Translations under genes and position numbers: made by a program
Shown: piece by piece, positions 34,833 through 48,700 of the stretch
Numbering within the stretch: position 1 is the stretch's first letter
How the letters are laid out: the number at the start of each line of letters is the position of its first letter
The notes under the pieces: generated by a model
What the model was told of the DNA's origin: nothing
The model's input: the letters and a program-made list of their open reading frames with translations, nothing else
The model's database searches: none
Origin: Amphiscolops sp. MND2022
Lineage: Eukaryota
Assembly (NCBI GenBank): GCA_964187785.1
Contig: OZ076409.1
Location: 58,716,001-58,780,000, forward strand
Length of the DNA: 64,000 nucleotides
Reading direction: 5' to 3'

Positions 34833-34872
34833 TTATTAGTTATTTTTCCATGATTATATCTTGGTCAATGAA

Positions 34873-35105
34873 TTTTCCATTGGAAAAACTTGTTCATCGA
34901 TTTTTATTTTGTTAAATTTTTAGTTGCGCAAAAAAGGCTAATTTTAGATGGTTTGCCTTGAAAAAATGCTAAATTTTGATGATTTTACGAGCTTAAATTT
35001 TTTTATTTTTTAATAGTGAAAAAACACCAATTTTATCGATTTTTTTGGAAAAAATGCTTAAATTTAGGGTTTTTATATATTAGGAACGGGAATTCGATTA
35101 CTACT
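34873..35105 (-). repeat. Right terminal inverted repeat of the Polinton
   Basis: Reverse complement of 20968-21199. Confidence 0.95.
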
Positions 35106-35511
35106 TGCTGGTCCAATGAGAAAACCAAATTTCAAGACGAAAAATAATCATTTTGCAAAATCTCACAATGCCGAAAATTGTAAAAGAAGGAACCCTTTAG
35201 ACTTTTTGAAAATCCAGTTTGTTGCAAAATATCAAAAAAAAATGAAGGGGGCACCTTTCGGAGGCATTAATTTGTTTGAAAAAACTCAGTGCCATAAAAA
35301 ATTAAAAGGGACCCTTCAGTCTTGTCCGGTTTTGCAAATGCACGAAAAAGTTTCTGGGTGAATCAGGGACTCGAACCCGCGACCATTGAATTCCCCCTAA
35401 ACCGATTAAAATCTGTTAAAATTACTAAAAAGTGGTACATGCAGGGTGAGATCTGTGGTCTGACGAAAAAACAAGTGTCTTAACTTTCTTAGGAAAAGCG
35501 CCGACTAAAAA
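35106..35511 (-). mobile_element. Helentron-like repeat family 1, right half of the copy split by the Polinton
   Basis: Resumes after the TSD and ends ggaaaagcgccgactaaaaa. Confidence 0.8.
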
Positions 35512-35526
35512 CAGCAGCAGACTTAC

Positions 35527-37778
35527 TGATGATTGCGTTTGTTTCCTCGACTGTCGGCAGCTTGGTGGCTGCTGCTCGTTCTGTGTTTTTATTGGCTGTC
35601 GAGGAGGAGGAAGAGAATGCGAGTTGGACAATGTCGAACAGTCTGCTCACAGAGCGGGAGAGATGGGCACTCTGGAAATCTTCCAGACATTTCTTCCAGC
35701 CACTGGACACTGTCTGGATTAATTTCATCTGCTGGGCCACACTTACGTCACCACCCTCAAACTCTCCTGAAAAACAACAAAACTTGGTTGGTAATTCTGA
35801 GGATATTTTCCGTCTGAGGACTTTCTGAGGACAATTCCGGTATTCTAAAAAGCACAGCAAGGAAACAAACTCATAAACAAATTTATGAACGACACACATT
35901 TTTGACCGTTCGGCCGAAGCAACATTTTATTTTCTGACGAATAGTCTTCGAAATTTGACCAACACTAAAGTCAGCACTTTGGTTGTTACCAGTGGTTACG
36001 CATTATCTCCCACAAAAATGCATTTCCGGTATCATGTCAGAAAACGACATTATTCGTTCGAAAACGGCATTTCCATTCACATGAGAAAATGGCCGAAAAG
36101 TGAACTCAATTTTGAAAATTGGCAACGAGGCTGCAAAATACAACATACTTTAAAAAGATTTGCTAATTCCAAACAAAGGGAAATGTTATGGTCCAAACCT
36201 GCAATAATTGCATCATTGCTGGACTCCAGGTCCAAATACGTGCCCACTCGGTCTCTCAACGTCAGAAATGACTTGAGAAGCTTGGGATATTCACTGTCCA
36301 CGATCTGTTTGAGCGAGCTGCTACTCGACGCACACTTGGAGTACTCGATTTTCAAACTATTTTGCACGAAAGTGAAGTAAGAAACAATCGAGACAACATC
36401 ACTGCTTTCGTCATCGTCATCAGCTTCTCGCACTAACTGCAGAAAGGATACGTAATTGGTGCTGGAATCTTTCTTCTTGGCCAGAAGCGAGATTATGAAG
36501 TGGAACTTTTGAATTGACGTCACACAAAGATTCAGGATGCTTTCGGTGTTGCTCCAGAAGTTCGACCTAAAATCAAAATGGATCTCTTACTCACTACCAT
36601 GAAATATGACTAACTAAAAGTAGCTTAAGATCTCACCTCAACAGAGCAGAATTCCCGGTCACTGGCATATTCGCTTTTCCAGGTCCGAAACCCTTGGATG
36701 CTTGGGACTTGTTCAGTTGGTTAATACTGAGTAAACGAGCAATCTCCGACCGCAGAGTCTTTTTCATATCTTCAATGATACCTTTTACACATCCATGTAG
36801 CTCGTTCAGTTGGTAAAAAACCTGAAACAAAGCTTCTAAACAAATAAAATTTTACAATACTACGTATCAGGCTTCGGAACCATAGTTCGTTTCCAAGAAA
36901 TGTGAAAATCCAAGGATGGACAAACGCGATATCCAAAAAATCCCACAAATCATTTCACCTTCATGTTTTGCAATAAATAAATATCGTTCGGAGAGGATAT
37001 CGTTCAAAACATCAATAATTTTGTTCATATGCCTCGATCAACCTTTTTATTCAAAATCTTGACACAAAACAGACGCTTAACAGCTTTTTCTAGAAGAAAC
37101 AGTTCTGCTATTCGTCAAAAATCCAATCATAAGTGTTTGAGACAAAAGTTGTGGTAGGAAAAATTTGTTCTTGATACGATATAGGCAGGTTAAAACATAC
37201 AAGGTAAGCCGCTTATAGCGTCAGAAATTATTCCGCATAACGTCATTATTCTATTAGGACTACATAGAGGTCTTCTGTTAGAGTGTTCTCTGGATATAAA
37301 GCCATCATTTCGACTCGAATTTTAGTATCTTATTATTTACTTGATCATTCATTGACAGTTCATCAGCAAGATAATTTTAATATCTTATTTTAAAAGCGAA
37401 ATCCGGATATGAGTTTTCTAGATCGAGTCGGACTCGATCTAGAAAACTTTCATATCCGGATTTCGCTTTTAAAATAAGATATTAAAATTATCTTGCTGAT
37501 GAACTGTTAATAAATGATCAAGTATCACATCTCTCACGAACCTGAATAGCGTTACCAAAGACGTTATGATTCTCTTTCTGCAAGCTGCTCTGTAAAAGAT
37601 CAGTACTGCGCTGTTTGATTTTGGCGGTTGCTTCTCTCACTAGTTTGAGTGCCGGTTGGCAAACTGTTATTTTCGACAACTCCGGACATTGACTAAACAG
37701 TTGATCCAGTTGCCATGCACTTTGTGCGGCTTTCGCCAGATCACGGTCTCCTGAAGCAGGTTGATTTTGAAAGATAAA
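35527..37778 (-). CDS. COG5: COG5 internal exons: 37542-37778, 36637-36821, 36199-36566, 35527-35766
   Basis: Phase-consistent GT-AG exons: RDLAKAAQS...GNAIQ|VFYQL...GPGKANMPVTGNSALLR|SNFWSN...LAKKKD...EYPKLL...|...HLSRSVSRLFD...LPTVEETNAII. Donor gtaagt at 35526 splices to 20362. Confidence 0.88.
37338..37524. repeat. ~187-bp near-perfect foldback (1-nt loop) in a COG5 intron
   Basis: tacttgatca...ttttctagatcgagtc G gactcgatctagaaaa...tgatcaagta; two mismatches and one 2-nt bulge. Confidence 0.9.
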
Positions 37779-37979
37779 CTAAAGAAAAATGACAACCAAC
37801 AAATTCGTGCGCAATAAAATTTCGAATTTTCTGTCTCTTTCAACCGTCAATAAAACATGTTTTTAAGGTAATCTAATATCCGCCCTTCAAGGCACAAAAA
37901 AGTTCATAAATAATAAGCGGTGTTTGGGAATCTCTCGAAAATAGCAAGGCCAAAAAAACTAGAGATGGGCCTTTTATTG

Positions 37980-38510
37980 AAAATAGGCCCCTCCGGGGCT
38001 CAGTACTATTTCTGCTTTAATCTTTATTTTTTTTTAAACAAAAAAATCATTAATAAAAGAATCATATCTGGAATACCAATACACTCCTGTTTAATCATTA
38101 CTTAGAGCACAATTAATCACTGTACAAGTTTACACCGCCTTTAATTCTTCTCGGACTAAAGAAAATATAACTACTAAGCGTAGACGAAGTTTCGCATTCG
38201 CATTTGAATGCAGGCGAAGCTCTCAACGAACGAATAATTAACACTCATTCGCTTCATCTCAATAACTCGGGGCAACGAAAGCACAATTACGAACATTCGC
38301 TCGCTTCATCTCAATGACGTCAACATACGAATGGATAATTACCACTCGCTCATTCCATCGCACTAGAATTGAATTGTCTTCGGCAGCTCTCTCGTTTACA
38401 CTCACTGCCGAACAAAATATCTGAATTATTCAGATCGTCCGAAAAATTGTTCTGAAAAAAAAGTACATGTTTCCAGATTTCAATAATATTCCTGCTAAAG
38501 CAGAAATATT
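37980..38510 (-). mobile_element. Helentron-like repeat family 2, copy C
   Basis: aaataggcccctccggggc...tatttctgc ... gcagaaata; core shared with the copies at 14911 and 17083. Confidence 0.75.
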
Positions 38511-39723
38511 AAAAAGAGAAATTACCGGAAAAAGGGGAATATTTGGTCTCAAAGTATTAGATCAGATAAAAATGTGAAATACTCAAAGACGGGACCTGAA
38601 ATACTCAAAGACGGGACCCTTCGCTTGCATTGTTGGCCCAGGATCCTCAGCCTCGTAGAATATGCCAAGGCACCTATAGATCTAGGGAATAGGACAAGTC
38701 ATTCCGACGCTATCGTGTGTCTTTAGTGCTCGGAAAAAGCTTCAGAAGTTCGGATATAGCGTGGTGGGACAAATGGAAGCGCTTGTTTTTGAACCTTTCT
38801 GCCTCTTCCTAAGTAAAACGCAATATAGTTTGGATATAACGTAAAAAATTCGTTATACCGCAATATTTTCGAACCTCCACCTCCAAAATTCGGATATTAT
38901 TGAAAAAATATCGGTGGATATTTGAGAAAACTTTATATCAGACAAGAAATGAGAATTTCGAATAGCCTCAGAGTGCCGAAAAATGTAAAAAGTTGGACCC
39001 TTTGAGATTTTTTAACATCCATTCTGTTGCAAAATAAAAAAAATGAAGGGGGATTTAATGCGAACACTTTAATGCGAAAAGAAAATTTTCGAAAGTCTCA
39101 GTGCCGAAAAGTTAAAAACACCAAGATAATCAAAGTAGATTCTTAGTATGTTTTCAAGGTTCTGGACGTCGGTTTTGTTTTGGACGAGGTTCTGACGTTT
39201 CCAGTGTGTTTCGGACATCCGAAGATCCCTAGTTAAAGATGAACAAATGAACAAAAAAAGACCATAAGTGGCTAAAAACTACCCTGACTGTAAGAGTCGG
39301 ACACTTTCTTCAAAGCGTCCAAAAATCAGCTGCCCTCTTATTCGAAGCTCTACTCTGTCTCAGATGATGCGACAGGTCAATCTTGGTGCTCCTCTTGACG
39401 ATCAATCCTTTGTGATTTTATTGCTTTTTGGAGGTGTATTTTATTAATTGGTCCTCCACTTGCTGAAGTTTGTTCTATTCGACTATCCTGGAGCGTTATT
39501 GACACTACAAGAAAGCTCTGCAGCTTTCAGCGTGACGACACAACTACCAACACTCATTTTTACACCGACCCTCTCGTTATATATTGAGCAAACATCACTT
39601 TTACCTACCACATTAGGTTTCGTATAGCACGGTCCTTGTTTAAGACGGGGTCCTATTATCTGTAATGGGTGGACCATAGAGTGTGAGTTCACTGGCCTTA
39701 CCAAAAACCTCATTACCGAAATA

Positions 39724-42700
39724 GTTGGGTACAGTTTGATATTTTCCCAAAATTTGTTTTCAAATTTATTTCCAAATAAATGAGAGGTTCATAACCAAAT
39801 TTCAATTCAAAATTCAACTACCATAAACTGTTTGCCAGGATATGTAATTGCAGTGATATTTGAACTTCTTTGATGACCCAAATGACCTCAAAAGAGTCCC
39901 CAACATTTAACCCTTTCATGACAATTTTTAAATTTTTTAACGAACAGCTTTTTAGAATTTTTTGTTCGGAGAATTTATTTTTCATTAGGATTTCCAAAAC
40001 ATCGTTGCTGGAATCTGCCAACTAAAAACGGTCAGTAAACGCCAGACATCGTAGTCAAGAAGTAAGATCAACTGGTAATCTATATACCTGCACATTTTGA
40101 ATATAAGCTAAATTTTTCAAACGCATTAGAGTTCCCAGTTTGTTTTAAAATACTATTCCATGAAAGTTGCTTTTGGACACTTCAATTATTTACTTTAAGA
40201 CAGGCGCTGTCGATCCTGATGGTTTTCATATGAATATGATCAGAAACCTTGGAGCAACCGCAATAGCATTTCCACTGAAGACATCCAATGTTGCTGAATG
40301 CTAGATCCATGCTCTGCGGCCTTGTTCTCGTTCGAGAATCGTATTTTAGAGGAAAACCAACAAGGAGCAGTACGATGATTGCTCAAACTATCTACCGCTG
40401 TCCATTGCAAGCCAATTTGGTAAGAATTTCGAGCGGATGCTATTCAGCCGACTAAATGGGTTCTTGGAGGATACATGTGTGCTATCTAGCTAACTAGGTT
40501 TCAGGAGGAAAAGAAACCTCAGATCCTTATACAAGCTTCACATCAACTTGAAGCATTTTAAAATGAAGACACAAACAACTTCACTCAACATCGAATGAGA
40601 AAAAGCGTTAGTCTATGGATCGATGGACTCTTTATGTTGGGTACAGTTTGATATTTTCCCAAAATTTGTTTTCAAATTTATTTCCAAATAAATGAGAGGT
40701 TCATAACCAAATTTCAATTCAAAATTCAACTACCATAAACTGTTTGCCAGGATATGTAATTGCAGTTATATTTGAACTTCTTTGATGACCCAAATGACCT
40801 CAAAAGAGTCCCCAACATTTAACCCTTTCATGACAATTTTTAAATTTTTTAACGAACAGCTTTTTAGAATTTTTTGTTCGGAGAATTTATTTTTCATTAG
40901 GATTTCCAAAACATCGTTGCTGGAATCTGCCAACTAAAAACGGTCAGTAAACGCCAGACATCGTAGTCAAGAAGTAAGATCAACTGGTAATCTATATACC
41001 TGCACATTTTAAATATAAGCTAAATTTTTCAAAAGCATTAGTTCCCAGTTTGTTTTAAAATACTATTCCATGAAAGTTGCTTTTGGACACTTCAATTATT
41101 TACTTTAAGACAGGCGCTGTCGATCCTGATGGTTTTCATATGAAAATGATCAGAAACCTTGGAGCAACCGCAATAGCATTTCCACTGAAGACATCCAATG
41201 TTGCTGAATGCTAGATCCATGCTCTGCGGCCTTGTTCTCGTTCGAGAATCGTATTTTAGAGGAAAACCAACAAGGAGCAGTACGATGATTGCTCAAACTA
41301 TCTACCGCTGTCCATTGCAAGCCAATTTGGTAAGAATTTCGAGCGGATGCTATTCAGCCGACTAAATGGGTTCTTGGAGGATACATGTGTGCTATCTAGC
41401 TAACAAGGTTTCAGGAGGAAAAGAAACCTCAGATCCTTATACAAGCTTCACATCAACTTGAAGCATTTTAAAATGAAGACACAAACAACTTCACTCAACA
41501 TCGAATGAGAAAAAGCGTTAGTGTATGGATCGATGGACTCTTTATGTTGGGTACAGTTTGATATTTTCCCAAAATTTGTTTTCAAATTTATTTCCAAATA
41601 AATGAGAGGTTCATAACCAAATTTCAATTCAAAATTCAACTACCATAAACTGTTTGCCAGGATATGTAATTGCAGTGATATTTGAACTTCTTTGATGACC
41701 CAAATGACCTCAAAAGAGTCCCCAACATTTAACCCTTTCATGACAATTTTTAAATTTTTTAACGAACAGCTTTTTAGAATTTTTTAATCGGAGAATTTAT
41801 TTTTCATTAGGATTTCCAAAACATCGTTGCTGGAATCTGCCAACTAAAAACGGTCAGTAAACGCCAGACATCGTAGTCAAGAAGTAAGATCAACTGGTAA
41901 TCTATATACCTGCACATTTTAAATATAAGCTAAATTTTTCAAACGCATTAGTTCCCAGTTTGTTTTAAAATACTATTCCATGAAAGTTGCTTTTGGACAC
42001 TTCAATTATTTACTTTAAGACAGGCGCTGTCGATCCTGATGGTTTTCATATGAAAATGATCAGAAACCTTGGAGCAACCGCAATAGCATTTCCACTGAAG
42101 ACATCCAATGTTGCTGAATGCTAGATCCATGCTCTGCGGCCTTGTTCTCGTTCGAGAATCGTATTTTAGAGGAAAACCAACAAGGAGCAGTACGATGATT
42201 GCTCAAACTATCTACCGCTGTCCATTGCAAGCCAATTTGGTAAGAATTTCGAGCGGATGCTATTCAGCCGACTAAATGGGTTCTTGGAGGATACATGTGT
42301 GCTATCTAGCTAACAAGGTTTCAGGAGGAAAAGAAACCTCAGATCCTTATACAAGCTTCACATCAACTTGAAGCATTTTAAAATGAAGACACAAACAACT
42401 TCACTCAACATCGAATGAGAAAAAGCGTTAGTGTATGGATCGATGGACTCTTTATGTTGGGTACAGTTTGATATTTTCCCAAAAGTTGTTTTCAAATTTA
42501 TTTCCAAATAAATGAGAGGTTCATAACCAAATTTCAATTCAAAATTCAACTACCATAAACTGTTTGCCAGGATATGTAATTGCAGTGATATGTGAACTTC
42601 TTTGATGACCCAAATGACCTCAAAAGAGTCCCCAACATTTAACCCTTTCATGACAATTTTTAAATTTTTTAACGAACAGCTTTTTAGAATTTTTTGTTCG

Positions 42701-45700
42701 GAGAATTTATTTTTCATTAGGATTTCCAAAACATCGTTGCTGGAATCTGCCAACTAAAAACGGTCAGTAAACGCCAGACATCGTAGTCAAGAAGTAAGAT
42801 CAACTGGTAATCTATATACCTGCACATTTTAAATATAAGCTAAATTTTTCAAACGCATTAGTTCCCAGTTTGTTTTAAAATACTATTCCATGAAAGTTGC
42901 TTTTGGACACTTCAATTATTTACTTTAAGACAGGCGCTGTCGATCCTGATGGTTTTCATATGAAAATGATCAGAAACCTTGGAGCAACCGCAATAGCATT
43001 TCCACTGAAGACATCCAATGTTGCTGAATGCTAGATCCATGCTCTGCGGCCTTGTTCTCGTTCGAGAATCGTATTTTAGAGGAAAACCAACAAGGAGAGT
43101 ACGATGATTGCTCAAACTATCTACCGCTGTCCATTGCAAGCCAATTTGGTAAGAATTTCGAGCGGATGCTATTCAGCCGACTAAATGGGTTCTTGGAGGA
43201 TACATGTGTGCTATCTAGCTAACTAGGTTTCAGGAGGAAAAGAAACCTCAGATCCTTATACAAGCTTCACATCAACTTGAAGCATTTTAAAATGAAGACA
43301 CAAACAACTTCACTCAACATCGAATGAGAAAAAGCGTTAGTCTATGGATCGATGGACTCTTTATGTTGGGTACAGTTTGATATTTTCCCAAAATTTGTTT
43401 TCAAATTTATTTCCAAATAAATGAGAGGTTCATAACCAAATTTCAATTCAAAATTCAACTACCATAAACTGTTTGCCAGGATATGTAATTGCAGTTATAT
43501 TTGAACTTCTTTGATGACCCAAATGACCTCAAAAGAGTCCCCAACATTTAACCCTTTCATGACAATTTTTAAATTTTTTAACGAACAGCTTTTTAGAATT
43601 TTTTGTTCGGAGAATTTATTTTTCATTAGGATTTCCAAAACATCGTTGCTGGAATCTGCCAACTAAAAACGGTCAGTAAACGCCAGACATCGTAGTCAAG
43701 AAGTAAGATCAACTGGTAATCTATATACCTGCACATTTTAAATATAAGCTAAATTTTTCAAAAGCATTAGTTCCCAGTTTGTTTTAAAATACTATTCCAT
43801 GAAAGTTGCTTTTGGACACTTCAATTATTTACTTTAAGACAGGCGCTGTCGATCCTGATGGTTTTCATATGAAAATGATCAGAAACCTTGGAGCAACCGC
43901 AATAGCATTTCCACTGAAGACATCCAATGTTGCTGAATGCTAGATCCATGCTCTGCGGCCTTGTTCTCGTTCGAGAATCGTATTTTAGAGGAAAACCAAC
44001 AAGGAGCAGTACGATGATTGCTCAAACTATCTACCGCTGTCCATTGCAAGCCAATTTGGTAAGAATTTCGAGCGGATGCTATTCAGCCGACTAAATGGGT
44101 TCTTGGAGGATACATGTGTGCTATCTAGCTAACAAGGTTTCAGGAGGAAAAGAAACCTCAGATCCTTATACAAGCTTCACATCAACTTGAAGCATTTTAA
44201 AATGAAGACACAAACAACTTCACTCAACATCGAATGAGAAAAAGCGTTAGTGTATGGATCGATGGACTCTTTATGTTGGGTACAGTTTGATATTTTCCCA
44301 AAATTTGTTTTCAAATTTATTTCCAAATAAATGAGAGGTTCATAACCAAATTTCAATTCAAAATTCAACTACCATAAACTGTTTGCCAGGATATGTAATT
44401 GCAGTGATATTTGAACTTCTTTGATGACCCAAATGACCTCAAAAGAGTCCCCAACATTTAACCCTTTCATGACAATTTTTAAATTTTTTAACGAACAGCT
44501 TTTTAGAATTTTTTAATCGGAGAATTTATTTTTCATTAGGATTTCCAAAACATCGTTGCTGGAATCTGCCAACTAAAAACGGTCAGTAAACGCCAGACAT
44601 CGTAGTCAAGAAGTAAGATCAACTGGTAATCTATATACCTGCACATTTTAAATATAAGCTAAATTTTTCAAACGCATTAGTTCCCAGTTTGTTTTAAAAT
44701 ACTATTCCATGAAAGTTGCTTTTGGACACTTCAATTATTTACTTTAAGACAGGCGCTGTCGATCCTGATGGTTTTCATATGAAAATGATCAGAAACCTTG
44801 GAGCAACCGCAATAGCATTTCCACTGAAGACATCCAATGTTGCTGAATGCTAGATCCATGCTCTGCGGCCTTGTTCTCGTTCGAGAATCGTATTTTAGAG
44901 GAAAACCAACAAGGAGCAGTACGATGATTGCTCAAACTATCTACCGCTGTCCATTGCAAGCCAATTTGGTAAGAATTTCGAGCGGATGCTATTCAGCCGA
45001 CTAAATGGGTTCTTGGAGGATACATGTGTGCTATCTAGCTAACAAGGTTTCAGGAGGAAAAGAAACCTCAGATCCTTATACAAGCTTCACATCAACTTGA
45101 AGCATTTTAAAATGAAGACACAAACAACTTCACTCAACATCGAATGAGAAAAAGCGTTAGTGTATGGATCGATGGACTCTTTATGTTGGGTACAGTTTGA
45201 TATTTTCCCAAAAGTTGTTTTCAAATTTATTTCCAAATAAATGAGAGGTTCATAACCAAATTTCAATTCAAAATTCAACTACCATAAACTGTTTGCCAGG
45301 ATATGTAATTGCAGTGATATGTGAACTTCTTTGATGACCCAAATGACCTCAAAAGAGTCCCCAACATTTAACCCTTTCATGACAATTTTTAAATTTTTTA
45401 ACGAACAGCTTTTTAGAATTTTTTGTTCGGAGAATTTATTTTTCATTAGGATTTCCAAAACATCGTTGCTGGAATCTGCCAACTAAAAACGGTCAGTAAA
45501 CGCCAGACATCGTAGTCAAGAAGTAAGATCAACTGGTAATCTATATACCTGCACATTTTAAATATAAGCTAAATTTTTCAAACGCATTAGTTCCCAGTTT
45601 GTTTTAAAATACTATTCCATGAAAGTTGCTTTTGGACACTTCAATTATTTACTTTAAGACAGGCGCTGTCGATCCTGATGGTTTTCATATGAAAATGATC

Positions 45701-48700
45701 AGAAACCTTGGAGCAACCGCAATAGCATTTCCACTGAAGACATCCAATGTTGCTGAATGCTAGATCCATGCTCTGCGGCCTTGTTCTCGTTCGAGAATCG
45801 TATTTTAGAGGAAAACCAACAAGGAGCAGTACGATGATTGCTCAAACTATCTACCGCTGTCCATTGCAAGCCAATTTGGTAAGAATTTCGAGCGGATGCT
45901 ATTCAGCCGACTAAATGGGTTCTTGGAGGATACATGTGTGCTATCTAGCTAACAAGGTTTCAGGAGGAAAAGAAACCTCAGATCCTTATACAAGCTTCAC
46001 ATCAACTTGAAGCATTTTAAAATGAAGACACAAACAACTTCACTCAACATCGAATGGGAAAAAGCGTTAGTGTATGGATCGATGGACTCTTTATGTTGGG
46101 TACAGTTTGATATTTTCCCAAAATTTGTTTTCAAATTTATATCCAAATAAATGAGAGGTTCATAACCAAATTTCAATTCAAAATTCAACTACCATAAACT
46201 GTTTGCCAGGATATGTAATTGCAGTGATATTTGAACTTCTTTGATGACCCAAATGACCTCAAAAGAGTCCCCAACATTTAACCCTTTCATGACAATTTTT
46301 AAATTTTTTAACGAACAGCTTTTTAGAATTTTTTGTTCGGAGAATTTATTTTTCATTAGGATTTCCAAAACATCGTTGCTGGAATCTGCCAACTAAAAAC
46401 GGTCAGTAAACGCCAGACATCGTAGTCAAGAAGTAAGATCAACTGGTAATCTATATACCTGCACATTTTAAATATAAGCTAAATTTTTCAAACGCATTAG
46501 TTCCCAGTTTGTTTTAAAATACTATTCCATGAAAGTTGCTTTTGGACACTTCAATTATTTACTTTAAGACAGGCGCTGTCGATCCTGATGGTTTTCATAT
46601 GAAAATGATCAGAAACCTTGGAGCAACCGCAATAGCATTTCCACTGAAGACATCCAATGTTGCTGAATGCTAGATCCATGCTCTGCGGCCTTGTTCTCGT
46701 TCCAGAATCGTATTTTAGAGGAAAACCACCACAAGGAGCAGTACGATGATTGCTCAAACTATCTACCGCTGTCCATTGCAAGCCAATTTGGTAAGAATTT
46801 CGAGCGGATGCTATTCAGCCGACTAAATGGGTTCTTGGAGGATACATGTGTGCTATCTAGCTAACAAGGTTTCAGGAGGAAAAGAAACCTCAGATCCTTA
46901 TACAAGCTTCACATCAACTTGAAGCATTTTAAAATGAAGACACAAACAACTTCACTCAACATCGAATGAGAAAAAGCGTTAGTGTATGGATCGATGGACT
47001 CTTTATGTTGGGTACAGTTTGATATTTTCCCAAAATTTGTTTTCAAATTTATTTCCAAATAAATGAGAGGTTCATAACCAAATTTCAATTCAAAATTCAA
47101 CTACCATAAACTGTTTGCCAGGATATGTAATTGCAGTGATATGTGAACTTCTTTGATGACCCAAATGACCTCAGAAGAGTCCCCAACATTTAACCCTTTC
47201 ATGACAATTTTTAAATTTTTTAACGAACAGCTTTTTAGAATTTTTTGTTCGGAGAATTTATTTTTCATTAGGATTTCCAAAACATCGTTGCTGGAATCTG
47301 CCAACTAAAAACGGTCAGTAAACGCCAGACATCGTAGTCAAGAAGTAAGATCAACTGGTAATCTATATACCTGCACATTTTAAATATAAGCTAAATTTTT
47401 CAAACGCATTAGTTCCCAGTTTGTTTTAAAATACTATTCCATGAAAGTTGCTTTTGGACACTTCAATTATTTACTTTAAGACAGGCGCTGTCGATCCTGA
47501 TGGTTTTCATATGAAAATGATCAGAAACCTTGGAGCAACCGCAATAGCATTTCCACTGAAGACATCCAATGTTGCTGAATGCTAGATCCATCCTCTGCGG
47601 CCTTGTTCTCGTTCCAGAATCGTATTTTAGAGGAAAACCAACAAGGAGCAGTACGATGATTGCTCAAACTATCTACCGCTGTCCATTGCAAGCCAATTTG
47701 GTAAGAATTTCGAGCGGATGCAATTCAGCCGACTAAATGGGTTCTTGGAGGATACATGTGTGCTATCTAGCTAACAAGGTTTCAGGAGGAAAAGAAACCT
47801 CAGATCCTTATACAAGCTTCACATCAACTTGGAGCATTTTAAAATGAAGACACAAACAACTTCACTCAACATCGAATGAGAAAAAGCGTTAGTGTATGGA
47901 TCGATGGACTCTTTATGTTGGGTACAGTTTGATATTTTCCCAAAATTTGTTTTCAAATTTATTTCCAAATAAATGAGAGGTTCATAACCAAATTTCAATT
48001 CAAAATTCAACTACCACAAACTGTTTGCCAGGATATGTAATTGCAGTGATATGTGAACTTCTTTGATGACCCAAATGACCTCAAAAGAGTCCCCAACATT
48101 TAACCCTTTCATGACAATTTTTAAATTTTTTAACGAACAGCTTTTTAGAATTTTTTGTTCGGAGAATTTATTTTTCATTAGGATTTCCAAAACATCGTTG
48201 CTGGAATCTGCCAACTAAAAACGGTCAGTAAACGCCAGACATCGTAGTCAAGAAGTAAGATCAACTGGTAATCTATATACCTGCACATTTTAAATATAAG
48301 CTAAATTTTTCAAACGCATTAGTTCCCAGTTTGTTTTAAAATACTATTCCATGAAAGTTGCTTTTGGACACTTCAATTATTTACTTTAAGACAGGCGCTG
48401 TCGATCCTGATGGTTTCCATATGAAAATGATCAGAAACCTTGGAGCAACCGCAATAGCATTTCCACTGAAGACATCCAATGTTGCTGAATGCTAGATCCA
48501 TGCTCTGCGGCCTTGTTCTCGTTCGAGAATCGTATTTTAGAGGAAAACCAACAAGGAGCAGTACGATGATTGCTCAAACTATCTACCGCTGTCCATTGCA
48601 AGCCAATTTGGTAAGAATTTCGAGCGGATGCTATTCAGCCGACTAAATGGGTTCTTGGAGGATACATGTGTGCTATCTAGCTAACAAGGTTTCAGGAGGA

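Larger units (their letters stand above)
20968..35105. mobile_element. Complete Polinton/Maverick (adintovirus-like) endogenous viral element, 14,138 bp
   Basis: AGTAGT...ACTACT termini, ~232-bp TIRs, 6-bp TSD TGCTGG (20962-20967 / 35106-35111). Intronless, very AT-rich gene block with pPolB, rve integrase, ATPases, protease, MCP and mCP. Confidence 0.97.

Noticed and set aside
20968..35105. Contaminant or misassembled free virus
   Set aside because: A precise 6-bp TSD, insertion in a host repeat with a matching empty paralog, flanking phase-compatible COG5 exons and accumulated lesions all indicate true integration.
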